Shown here in pieces: positions 40,010 through 48,888 of a stretch of DNA of 64,000 nt. Position 1 is the first letter of the stretch. Each line of letters starts with the position of its first letter. The DNA comes from a bacterium. GTDB taxonomy: Bacteria > Bacteroidota > Bacteroidia > Bacteroidales > UBA1402. The translations under genes were made by a program, and so were the position numbers. The DNA is taken from positions 21,620 through 85,619 of the forward strand of contig CAVEPA010000002.1 in NCBI GenBank assembly GCA_963617485.1, in the 5' to 3' direction. The notes under the pieces are model-generated. The model searched no databases. It worked only from the letters and a program-made list of their open reading frames with translations, and had not been told where the DNA came from.

Positions 40010-42748
40010 TCATTTCGATGCAATTTTCGAAACAGTGTAGGTGGTTCCGTTCTGGATTACCTCATAGCCGTCGGCGACAAGACTCTTCGTGCATCCGTTT
40101 TGGGCAGGGTTAAAGCCTTCGAATGCGCCGCCATATACATTGATGTATCCGCGTTCATAAGTGCAACTGTTCAAGGGATCATAGTAGCCGTCAACAGAAG
40201 AATAATCATACAAGCAATAATTTGCATATAACTCTTCCAGTTCTTGTGTCTTGTTGGTCAAAATTGCAGCATTGAACGAACCGCCATAAATATTGACAAC
40301 ACCACCGCCGCGCGCCCAGCAAGCGCCAGGGCCATCAGGATCGGAATTAGAACAAGTGAAGACCAGTCCATCGATATTGACAGTACCTCCCCAAGCCATA
40401 ACACAGCATCCGCCATTTAGGGACTTCATTGTAGCATTTTTGATGTAGGAGACACCGCCTGATGCGTAAATGCAGGAATTAGCTCCCTCCATATATACAT
40501 CGTCTACAGTAAGTTTGCCGGAATAGACGTTAAGAAGAGCATTGCCGTCGCCCGTCGTGTTGTTGGCAACGATTTTACCGTTGCCGGTAACAATCAAATC
40601 TCCATTGATTATGGAAATTGCGCGGCACCCGGTACCATCGATGGTCTTGCCGTTAAGGTCAAGAGTAGCAGCATGGCCGCTGTCCAGGGTAACGGTACTT
40701 TTAATACGAATGTCTTCGTTGAGAATGACCTTATTGACTTCAGCATTCGCGAAGGCCTCTTTTAAAGCCGCCTCAGAGGCAACATAAGAAATAACACCGT
40801 CGGCACTTAATACATTGGCCAGCGAGATGCCTTCAACAATAAGAGTACCGTTGGTGTTATCTACAGTGTAAGCGTTGCTGGCGCTTTGGATTTTGCCATT
40901 GCCGCTTCCGTCCTTCAAGGTGAGGCTGGCACCACTTTCGATGGTGATAACATTGCCGCTCTCAGTGCTGAGGGTCTGGCCGTTCAGATCGATGATGGTA
41001 TTCGTTCCACTGGCAATGTTGAAGTTACCGGTGATGCCTGCTGCCAATTTTACTTCGCGGCCGTTTTCGAGTGCATATTCAAGGGTCTTGATATCTTTAA
41101 CCTTGATGAAGGCTTCCAGTTCTTCGCCGCTTTCGCTGGTGGCGGTTTCAGATTCGATTTTAACAACTTCATTGGCCTTCTCGCCGATAATGGCATCTTC
41201 GGCCAGCGAGGCACCGTTCTGCAGCTCGATAACGGGTGCTTTATATTCAACGGTTGTAGTCCCCGTGGTTTCGGGAGCTTTCACTACAATCGAGGAAACC
41301 TTGGCTTGCTCTTTCACCTGTCCTTCATCGCTGGCGGTAGCCTTAACGATGATGGGAGCAGAAGAAGTGGTGGTCATAGAAGTGGTGATGTTGGCTGTGG
41401 GAGCCAAAACGATTTTGGCCTCTGCAGGCACGGTTTCCTTCACTTCCACCTCGGCTACTTCACAAGCGATTTCAACACCACCCTTGGCCACCTCGAGTTT
41501 CCCGGTGATTATGGTGGAGTTGCTCAATACCAGCGTACTATTGTTGGTCTGGGAAGAGACGGTTTCGAAGGTTCCGCCCTCGATATCAACGTGGCTGTTT
41601 TCCAGATTGACAACAAGATTCGAGATGTTGTAGCTACCGGCATTGATGGTTACATTGGCGGGATAGTTTTGGGAAGTTGCGGCATTCTCGTTGTATGCTA
41701 TCGTGATAACGTTCTCACCCTTGCAGTCGCCTTCGATATTCAACAATATATCGTCCTTGGTGTCGGGCAGATTGTAGGTGCCTAAGTAGCCTGCGGGAAT
41801 GGAGAGGCGGTCAACATTGATTGTTTCTGTAAAAGCGGGATCCACAACAATGTTGAAGTCGGCCTGGCTGGTGTAGAGCTTACCGATAATATTGGTGCGG
41901 TAGTTGCCCTGCAAAGGAACGTTGGGCAACGAGATGGTGTTGATGGCTGCGTTGCTGGCATCGTAGATGGTCAGCTTGGCTTCGGTCATGGCCTTAGCAG
42001 CCTTGCCCACCAGCACGTAGTTCATTGATACGTAGCCGTACTCGGTGTTGTTAACCTTGAGTTTTTCGCTCAGAAGCTCGGCGGCCGTGAATGCGGCATC
42101 AACCTCGCCGCTTACCTCGCCAGTGGCCAAATTCAGCGTGTTGGCAAGCTTGGTAAGGGTCAGCGAAGACTTGGAAACGGTTACGCCAAGGGCCGTTGCA
42201 GCTTCAACATCTGCCTTATCAACGCCGAAGTTCAACTGGGCAAAGGGACGATTCAGCGTGACAGGTTCCTTAAGCGAACCCGTGATTGTCTTGTTGGCTA
42301 CATAGGCGTAGAAGGCGTCGCGGCTCTCGTCGTTGGTGGCCGTGGTGTAGTTGTTCACCGTTACGCTCTTGGCGGCAGTATTGAAGGTATAAGGAGAAGT
42401 GAATCCTGCTGCCGGAGCCTTGTAAGCCCAGAATGCGAAACTGTAGGTCTGGCCTGTCACTAGGCGCACCTGGTAGTCGAACGCACCCAATGCATTCCTG
42501 CTGATGGTTTCGTTAGTGACAAGTACGCCAGCGTCATTGTAGACACAGCAGTCCACTTTGTCTACGGTAGTACCATCGGCCACGGTTTTGTCGCCGGCGG
42601 CACGCGTCTGCAAACCGGGCGTGGCTATCGCGAAACTCACGATGGCTTCTTCGCCGTCAACCGGGGGTGTTTCAATCATTTCGTTGGTGCAGGATGCTGC
42701 AAACGCTACTAAAGCTATCGCAGCCAGCGATTTGAAAATCTTTTTCAT
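40010..42748 (-). CDS. Type V pilin-like (fimbrillin/Mfa-like) lipoprotein fused to a ~600-aa beta-helix-like adhesin extension (paralog A, 912 aa)
   Basis: Lipobox signal MKKIFKSLAAIALVAFAASC; ATPGLQTRA candidate maturation site; DAFYAYV...RPFAQLNFGV and NVPLQGNYRTNIIGKLYT pilin-like motifs. These are followed by G/N/T-rich repeats (LNGKTIDGTG..., GNGKIVANN...). Confidence 0.55.
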   Translation of the reverse strand: MKKIFKSLAAIALVAFAASCTNEMIETPPVDGEEAIVSFAIATPGLQTRAAGDKTVADGTTVDKVDCCVYNDAGVLVTNETISRNALGAFDYQVRLVTGQTYSFAFWAYKAPAAGFTSPYTFNTAAKSVTVNNYTTATNDESRDAFYAYVANKTITGSLKEPVTLNRPFAQLNFGVDKADVEAATALGVTVSKSSLTLTKLANTLNLATGEVSGEVDAAFTAAELLSEKLKVNNTEYGYVSMNYVLVGKAAKAMTEAKLTIYDASNAAINTISLPNVPLQGNYRTNIIGKLYTSQADFNIVVDPAFTETINVDRLSIPAGYLGTYNLPDTKDDILLNIEGDCKGENVITIAYNENAATSQNYPANVTINAGSYNISNLVVNLENSHVDIEGGTFETVSSQTNNSTLVLSNSTIITGKLEVAKGGVEIACEVAEVEVKETVPAEAKIVLAPTANITTSMTTTSSAPIIVKATASDEGQVKEQAKVSSIVVKAPETTGTTTVEYKAPVIELQNGASLAEDAIIGEKANEVVKIESETATSESGEELEAFIKVKDIKTLEYALENGREVKLAAGITGNFNIASGTNTIIDLNGQTLSTESGNVITIESGASLTLKDGSGNGKIQSASNAYTVDNTNGTLIVEGISLANVLSADGVISYVASEAALKEAFANAEVNKVILNEDIRIKSTVTLDSGHAATLDLNGKTIDGTGCRAISIINGDLIVTGNGKIVANNTTGDGNALLNVYSGKLTVDDVYMEGANSCIYASGGVSYIKNATMKSLNGGCCVMAWGGTVNIDGLVFTCSNSDPDGPGACWARGGGVVNIYGGSFNAAILTNKTQELEELYANYCLYDYSSVDGYYDPLNSCTYERGYINVYGGAFEGFNPAQNGCTKSLVADGYEVIQNGTTYTVSKIASK
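40806..42373. repeat. Copy 1 of a 1,568-bp direct repeat (inside paralog A)
   Basis: Same sequence as 45725-47292 (offset 4,919 nt). Four pairs of six-frame track ORFs are letter-identical, and every sequence line I compared by eye matched. Confidence 0.9.
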
Positions 42749-42805
42749 AATGGAATTCTCTTATACTACTATTAGGATACTGTGATGGTTCGAAAGGATG
42801 CCGAT

Positions 42806-42859
42806 GTTTTCTTGTCATGGCAAAGTCAAATTGACTTGACTTTGCTCATGACAGAAAAC
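42806..42859 (-). other. 54-nt near-perfect hairpin in the spacer between pilin paralogs B and A
   Basis: Arms gttttcttgtcatggcaaagtcaa (42806-42829) and ttgactttgctcatgacagaaaac (42836-42859) give 23 bp with two 1-nt bulges and a 6-nt loop. There is no T tail on either strand. Confidence 0.8.
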
Positions 42860-42875
42860 ATTTCCAAAGTAGGGC

Positions 42876-43829
42876 CTAGTTTGTAGTAGGATAATCCACA
42901 TTGTCATCCTCCCCTGCGAAAGCAGGAGCCACTTCAACACTGTAGTCGGTCTGGCTGGTGAAGAGATCGCCAAGCACGTTGGTGCGGTAGTTGCCCTGCA
43001 AGGGAACGTTGGGAACATCAATGGTGTTGATTTCCTCATTGTTCTCTTTGTAAAGCGTCAGCTTGGCATCGGCCGTGGCCTTAGCAGCCTTGCCTACCAG
43101 CACGTAGTTCATCGATACGTAGCCGTAGCCAGTTTCGTTAACCGTGAGGTCTTCGTTCAGAAGCGCTGCAGCGGAGAACGTGGCTTCAGCTTCGCCGCTT
43201 ACTGTACCGTCAACCAGGTTGAGCGTAGTGCCAAGATTCTGAATCGTCAGCGCAGACTTGGAAACGGTTATGCCAAGATTCTCGGCGACGGTGATATCAT
43301 CCTTGTTCACACCAAAGTTCAGCTGGGCGAAGGGACGGTGCAGCTTAACTTCCCGATTCAGGGAACCCGTAATCTGCACAGGCTCTACATAGGCGTAGAA
43401 AGCATCGCGGCTCTCGTCGTTGGAAACGGCGTTAGCGTAAGAAACGGTAACGGTCTTGTCAGTAGCACTGAAGGTGTAAGGAGAGGTGGCTCCTTCTGCC
43501 GGAGCCTTGTAAGCCCAGAAGATAAAGCTGTAGGTTTGACCCGTCATCAGGCGCACCTGGAAATTGGTCGAGCCGTTGGTCATATCGATGGTTTTGCTGA
43601 CAGTTTCGTTGGAGATAAGTGCCCCTTCTGAATCGTAAACACAGCATGCCACTTTGTCTACGGTTTTACCATCGGCCACGGCACGGGTCATCAGGCCCGG
43701 AGTGGCTATGCTGAAGTTAACAACGGACTCTCCCTCGTTCACGATAGGGGTTTCAATCATTTCTTTGGAACAAGATGCTGCGAAAACCATTAAGGCAATG
43801 GCAGCGATGGATTTCATAATCTTTTTCAT
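42876..43829 (-). CDS. Type V pilin-like (fimbrillin/Mfa-like) lipoprotein, pilin module only (paralog B, 317 aa)
   Basis: Signal MKKIMKSIAAIALMVFAASC, ATPGLMTRA, DAFYAYV...RPFAQLNFGV, NVPLQGNYRTNVLGDLFT. It is colinear with the N-terminal ~310 aa of A and C. Confidence 0.55.
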   Translation of the reverse strand: MKKIMKSIAAIALMVFAASCSKEMIETPIVNEGESVVNFSIATPGLMTRAVADGKTVDKVACCVYDSEGALISNETVSKTIDMTNGSTNFQVRLMTGQTYSFIFWAYKAPAEGATSPYTFSATDKTVTVSYANAVSNDESRDAFYAYVEPVQITGSLNREVKLHRPFAQLNFGVNKDDITVAENLGITVSKSALTIQNLGTTLNLVDGTVSGEAEATFSAAALLNEDLTVNETGYGYVSMNYVLVGKAAKATADAKLTLYKENNEEINTIDVPNVPLQGNYRTNVLGDLFTSQTDYSVEVAPAFAGEDDNVDYPTTN

Positions 43830-43875
43830 AATGTAATGGGTTTTAATTGGTTATACTTTGTTTATCGGTTTATTC

Positions 43876-46800
43876 TTAGTAGTTGATGGTAGCAGTGCCG
43901 GTGTTGCCAGTCTCGGTGCCGGTCCAACTGTTATAGCGTCCGATGTAGTTCCTGGCATTGAAACTTGCGTTGTCCGTGAGGTTCTTGTAGTTACGGGTCT
44001 TATCGACCGTAATGGTCACTCCGGCAATAGAACAATCCTTAACGGAATCATACTGCGCCGCAATGCCGACAATACCGCCCATATCTCTATAGCCCTTGAT
44101 GCTGACATTCTTCACTGAGCAGCCTGAAATCACATAACCAGGAGCATTTGATTCACCCCAATGACCAAGAATACCACCAACCTTATCGCCTTCGTCGTAT
44201 TCTTTACCATTAGCCAACGGAGCTGTTACAGCAATCAGTTCAGCTTTCTCTACCGCGCAATTTGATATTGAGCAATAGCCCTGGCCGCTGATGCCGCCAA
44301 CATAGTGCGTACTGCGAACCTTGGCATTGTAAACCTTGATGCCTTCAGCCTTTGAAGTGTGAAGATTGCCGACTGCAACGCCACAAGCGCTACCACTGCA
44401 AATGCTTACTTCAGAAGCAATATCGGCATTTTCTACCGTGAAATTCTTCAAAGAGCCGTTAAGGACGCGGCCAAACAGACCCAAATAGGCTTTCTGCTCT
44501 GCGGAATGAACATACAGATTGGAGATGGTATAACCCTTGCCGTCGAAGGTGCCTTGGAAAGATTTGGCATCTTCACCATACAGTCCAATGGGAGCCCAGT
44601 TGAGATTGCAAAGATTGATGTCAGCATTAAGGTAAACAGTCTTGCCCTTGAAAGTGGTAATGCCTTCATTTACCTCCTTGGCAATCCACGCCAGTTCGGA
44701 AGCTTTGGTAATGAGGTAGTTGCCGTTGGCATCGGTAGTGGGTTCGGAAACCGAGCCGTCCCAATCGTATTTATACTGGTTGGCCGACGCATCCAAGAAG
44801 GTACCGCTGTAGATAAATCTGGGGTTGTTCTGCGAATAAATGGCACCATTGAAAACACCACCGGTAACAGTGAGCTTAATCTGGTCGCGTGCAACATCGT
44901 TCTGAACGTCTTTCTCCCAAATAGCATATACGCCGTTGAAAGTACCGCCCGAGATGGTTACATTTATCGGCAAATTGGTGTTGTGCTGCGAAATACCAAT
45001 GGCTGCACCATCTGTGGTAGTTCCACTTCCGTTAGGCTGCACGGTAAAAGGATTGGCTGTGGAGGTAAATTCACCGCTGGAGATATTCATGATACCCGCA
45101 CGGATTTCTATGGCAGTCATTCTGCCCACCACCTTGCTGTTCTTGATATTCCAAACAGCATAGCCTGCAGCGTAGATTCCCACACCTCTTGAATCGAAAT
45201 CGGCACCGTCAAGGTTGAATATCGGGGCATTGGCACCCGTCTGCTGATTAGACCCGTTGATGTAGACACCGTATACATCTTTAATAAAATTCTCATCGTG
45301 AACATACTTGGCGGAGCAGTTTACTACAAGGCCGTAGTTGTTATAAGTTCCATTGTCGTCTTTGGCTACAAAGATACCAGCCCAGCCTTTCAAGGTGATG
45401 CCGTTACCGATAGTAACAACTGTATAATTGGCTACATTCTCGGTGCCACTGCCTCTAAGCATAAGACCGTGGCCATCATCAACGCTTTCCGCTATGATAC
45501 CGGTACCGATGAAATCAACGGTAGCATTGTATATATCAAACGGTGTGTCATTTTTCGTAATTGTTTTGCCGTTCATGTCAATCACTACCTTGCGACCGCC
45601 ATTGATAACCGCCGTTTTTGTAAGGTCGATATCAGCACTAATCACAATCTTGCCGATGTTGGTGTCGGCGATAGCGGCGTTGAGAGCCTTTTCGTCGGCA
45701 ACATAAGAGCGTACACCGTCGGCGCTTAATACATTGGCCAGCGAGATGCCTTCAACAATAAGAGTACCGTTGGTGTTATCTACAGTGTAAGCGTTGCTGG
45801 CGCTTTGGATTTTGCCATTGCCGCTTCCGTCCTTCAAGGTGAGGCTGGCACCACTTTCGATGGTGATAACATTGCCGCTCTCAGTGCTGAGGGTCTGGCC
45901 GTTCAGATCGATGATGGTATTCGTTCCACTGGCAATGTTGAAGTTACCGGTGATGCCTGCTGCCAATTTTACTTCGCGGCCGTTTTCGAGTGCATATTCA
46001 AGGGTCTTGATATCTTTAACCTTGATGAAGGCTTCCAGTTCTTCGCCGCTTTCGCTGGTGGCGGTTTCAGATTCGATTTTAACAACTTCATTGGCCTTCT
46101 CGCCGATAATGGCATCTTCGGCCAGCGAGGCACCGTTCTGCAGCTCGATAACGGGTGCTTTATATTCAACGGTTGTAGTCCCCGTGGTTTCGGGAGCTTT
46201 CACTACAATCGAGGAAACCTTGGCTTGCTCTTTCACCTGTCCTTCATCGCTGGCGGTAGCCTTAACGATGATGGGAGCAGAAGAAGTGGTGGTCATAGAA
46301 GTGGTGATGTTGGCTGTGGGAGCCAAAACGATTTTGGCCTCTGCAGGCACGGTTTCCTTCACTTCCACCTCGGCTACTTCACAAGCGATTTCAACACCAC
46401 CCTTGGCCACCTCGAGTTTCCCGGTGATTATGGTGGAGTTGCTCAATACCAGCGTACTATTGTTGGTCTGGGAAGAGACGGTTTCGAAGGTTCCGCCCTC
46501 GATATCAACGTGGCTGTTTTCCAGATTGACAACAAGATTCGAGATGTTGTAGCTACCGGCATTGATGGTTACATTGGCGGGATAGTTTTGGGAAGTTGCG
46601 GCATTCTCGTTGTATGCTATCGTGATAACGTTCTCACCCTTGCAGTCGCCTTCGATATTCAACAATATATCGTCCTTGGTGTCGGGCAGATTGTAGGTGC
46701 CTAAGTAGCCTGCGGGAATGGAGAGGCGGTCAACATTGATTGTTTCTGTAAAAGCGGGATCCACAACAATGTTGAAGTCGGCCTGGCTGGTGTAGAGCTT

Positions 46801-47646
46801 ACCGATAATATTGGTGCGGTAGTTGCCCTGCAAAGGAACGTTGGGCAACGAGATGGTGTTGATGGCTGCGTTGCTGGCATCGTAGATGGTCAGCTTGGCT
46901 TCGGTCATGGCCTTAGCAGCCTTGCCCACCAGCACGTAGTTCATTGATACGTAGCCGTACTCGGTGTTGTTAACCTTGAGTTTTTCGCTCAGAAGCTCGG
47001 CGGCCGTGAATGCGGCATCAACCTCGCCGCTTACCTCGCCAGTGGCCAAATTCAGCGTGTTGGCAAGCTTGGTAAGGGTCAGCGAAGACTTGGAAACGGT
47101 TACGCCAAGGGCCGTTGCAGCTTCAACATCTGCCTTATCAACGCCGAAGTTCAACTGGGCAAAGGGACGATTCAGCGTGACAGGTTCCTTAAGCGAACCC
47201 GTGATTGTCTTGTTGGCTACATAGGCGTAGAAGGCGTCGCGGCTCTCGTCGTTGGTGGCCGTGGTGTAGTTGTTCACCGTTACGCTCTTGGCAGCCGAGT
47301 CGAGTTCGTAATGATTGCCGTCCTTATCGTAGGCCCAGAAAACAAAACTGTAGGTCTGGCCCGTTACCAGGCGCAGCGAGATGTCGGCCTTGCCGCCGCT
47401 CATGTCGGATGTTTTGCCAACACCCTCGATAAGATTGCCGTCCTTGTCGTAGACATGGCATTGCACCTTGTCTACGGTGTTTCCGTCGGCCACGGCTCGG
47501 GTCATCAGGCCCGGAGTGGCAACCGAGAAGTTCACAACGGCTTCTTCGCCGTCGTAAGATGCGGGATTTTCCAACAGCTCGTTGGTGCAGGATGCTGCAA
47601 ACGCTACTAAAGCTATCGCAGCCAGTGATTTGAAAATCTTTTTCAT
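43876..47646 (-). CDS. Type V pilin-like lipoprotein fused to a ~940-aa beta-helix plus GLUG-like adhesin extension (paralog C, 1256 aa)
   Basis: It has the same signal peptide and pilin motifs as A and shares a 522-aa block with A. The unique C-terminus carries FQGTFDGKGYTISNLYV...YLGLFGRV...VGGISGQG...VGGILGHW...MGGIVGIA, a GLUG-type repeat pattern. Confidence 0.55.
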   Translation of the reverse strand: MKKIFKSLAAIALVAFAASCTNELLENPASYDGEEAVVNFSVATPGLMTRAVADGNTVDKVQCHVYDKDGNLIEGVGKTSDMSGGKADISLRLVTGQTYSFVFWAYDKDGNHYELDSAAKSVTVNNYTTATNDESRDAFYAYVANKTITGSLKEPVTLNRPFAQLNFGVDKADVEAATALGVTVSKSSLTLTKLANTLNLATGEVSGEVDAAFTAAELLSEKLKVNNTEYGYVSMNYVLVGKAAKAMTEAKLTIYDASNAAINTISLPNVPLQGNYRTNIIGKLYTSQADFNIVVDPAFTETINVDRLSIPAGYLGTYNLPDTKDDILLNIEGDCKGENVITIAYNENAATSQNYPANVTINAGSYNISNLVVNLENSHVDIEGGTFETVSSQTNNSTLVLSNSTIITGKLEVAKGGVEIACEVAEVEVKETVPAEAKIVLAPTANITTSMTTTSSAPIIVKATASDEGQVKEQAKVSSIVVKAPETTGTTTVEYKAPVIELQNGASLAEDAIIGEKANEVVKIESETATSESGEELEAFIKVKDIKTLEYALENGREVKLAAGITGNFNIASGTNTIIDLNGQTLSTESGNVITIESGASLTLKDGSGNGKIQSASNAYTVDNTNGTLIVEGISLANVLSADGVRSYVADEKALNAAIADTNIGKIVISADIDLTKTAVINGGRKVVIDMNGKTITKNDTPFDIYNATVDFIGTGIIAESVDDGHGLMLRGSGTENVANYTVVTIGNGITLKGWAGIFVAKDDNGTYNNYGLVVNCSAKYVHDENFIKDVYGVYINGSNQQTGANAPIFNLDGADFDSRGVGIYAAGYAVWNIKNSKVVGRMTAIEIRAGIMNISSGEFTSTANPFTVQPNGSGTTTDGAAIGISQHNTNLPINVTISGGTFNGVYAIWEKDVQNDVARDQIKLTVTGGVFNGAIYSQNNPRFIYSGTFLDASANQYKYDWDGSVSEPTTDANGNYLITKASELAWIAKEVNEGITTFKGKTVYLNADINLCNLNWAPIGLYGEDAKSFQGTFDGKGYTISNLYVHSAEQKAYLGLFGRVLNGSLKNFTVENADIASEVSICSGSACGVAVGNLHTSKAEGIKVYNAKVRSTHYVGGISGQGYCSISNCAVEKAELIAVTAPLANGKEYDEGDKVGGILGHWGESNAPGYVISGCSVKNVSIKGYRDMGGIVGIAAQYDSVKDCSIAGVTITVDKTRNYKNLTDNASFNARNYIGRYNSWTGTETGNTGTATINY
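45725..47292. repeat. Copy 2 of the 1,568-bp direct repeat (inside paralog C)
   Basis: See the 40806-42373 entry. Boundaries were set where the two genes first differ: ggcAcTTAAT vs ggcGcTTAAT at one end, and cttggcG vs cttggcA at the other. Confidence 0.9.
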
Positions 47647-47670
47647 ATTGGAATTGTTTATTAGTGGATA

Positions 47671-48888
47671 TTATAAGTTGATATTGTATTCGCCGTTGAA
47701 TTCTGCGTTGACACCAATGCTGCCTCCCGTACTGAGGGTGAGAAAATCGCCACGCACTGTCGTTATTCTGCTCCTGACAATCGGCACTGTTATGGAGGGT
47801 GTGAGCGAGAGCAGATTGTTGGTTTTCTTGTCGTAAAGGGCCACCTGCACAATGACGCTCGATTCGTGGCCGTTCACCATCACATAGTCGAAGCCCATCA
47901 GCACCTCGTCCATCGAAATCGGGCTGAACTCTGAGTCGAACTGCACGCCGGCGCGTGAATCGATGGGCTTGTTCTTGAACATATCGAACATAAAGGGCAT
48001 AAACGAGGTGTAATAAAAGCGGATGTAGTAGTCGGATGGGTTGAAGCCGGGAGCTTTAGCCGGATTCCAGACATTCGACACATCGCTGCCGGGCAAGAGC
48101 TCGGCCGGTGTTTCTACCGTTACCTTCGTCTCGCCTTCTTTAACCTTATTCATAGCTTCCTTTTCGAGTTTTCTTGCGTTTATCCAGCGGGAATATTCCT
48201 CACTCGAGAGTTTTTCCTTCAATACCTTCATCATCAGACATTCAAGGTCGGTGGCGATAAAGCGGAACTTGGCGAGCGGACGTTCCATATCCAGCGTTAC
48301 CGCGATGGGTTCTTGCTTGCTGCCCACCCGCTGAAGGGACACCTCTGCCGAACCCAAGAATGCGTCTTTATAGTCGGTGTTGGCCGAATGCAGCTCGGGC
48401 AAGGCGATGGCGGCAAAATCGCCGGTTTCATAGTAAAGGTCGTCTGTACTGCCTTTGGCTACATAATCGGCCCAACAGCGTATCTGCCAATCGCCTTCGG
48501 GCAATACCGCCAGCGTGCTGTAATCGAGCGTTGAGAGGTCGTCTTTGGTCAATACCAACGTATAGTCGGGGGCTTCGTTGCGCGAGAAGCTGCCATCGGG
48601 AAGGCGAGGATAGAATTTCACCGTATATCTGAAGGCATGCTCTTTATCGGCCTTGGTTGTCGATTCTGAGGATATATCCGTCTTGGTTTCGTAGTTTACC
48701 GTCAGGTAGGGTGGCAAGTCGGTAGAGAATACGAAATCAAGTTTCAGCACCGCAGGGGTGGACTCGTCGGGCCATTGATGAACGCTGCAGGAAAAAGCGC
48801 CAATAACCACTAACACGCAACCAAGGACCGGCAGCGCTCCCGTAAACGCGACCAGACGAGTCCATATTTTTAATATCATCCGCTTCAT
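47671..48888 (-). CDS. FimB/Mfa2-like type V pilus subunit (anchor/terminator-like), lipoprotein
   Basis: Signal with Cys (...VIGAFSC), DAFLGSAEV...RPLAKFRF core, and C-terminal VPIVRSRITTVRGDFLT resembling the pilin-module end motif. It has a 4-nt overlap with the upstream gene. Confidence 0.45.
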   Translation of the reverse strand: MKRMILKIWTRLVAFTGALPVLGCVLVVIGAFSCSVHQWPDESTPAVLKLDFVFSTDLPPYLTVNYETKTDISSESTTKADKEHAFRYTVKFYPRLPDGSFSRNEAPDYTLVLTKDDLSTLDYSTLAVLPEGDWQIRCWADYVAKGSTDDLYYETGDFAAIALPELHSANTDYKDAFLGSAEVSLQRVGSKQEPIAVTLDMERPLAKFRFIATDLECLMMKVLKEKLSSEEYSRWINARKLEKEAMNKVKEGETKVTVETPAELLPGSDVSNVWNPAKAPGFNPSDYYIRFYYTSFMPFMFDMFKNKPIDSRAGVQFDSEFSPISMDEVLMGFDYVMVNGHESSVIVQVALYDKKTNNLLSLTPSITVPIVRSRITTVRGDFLTLSTGGSIGVNAEFNGEYNINL

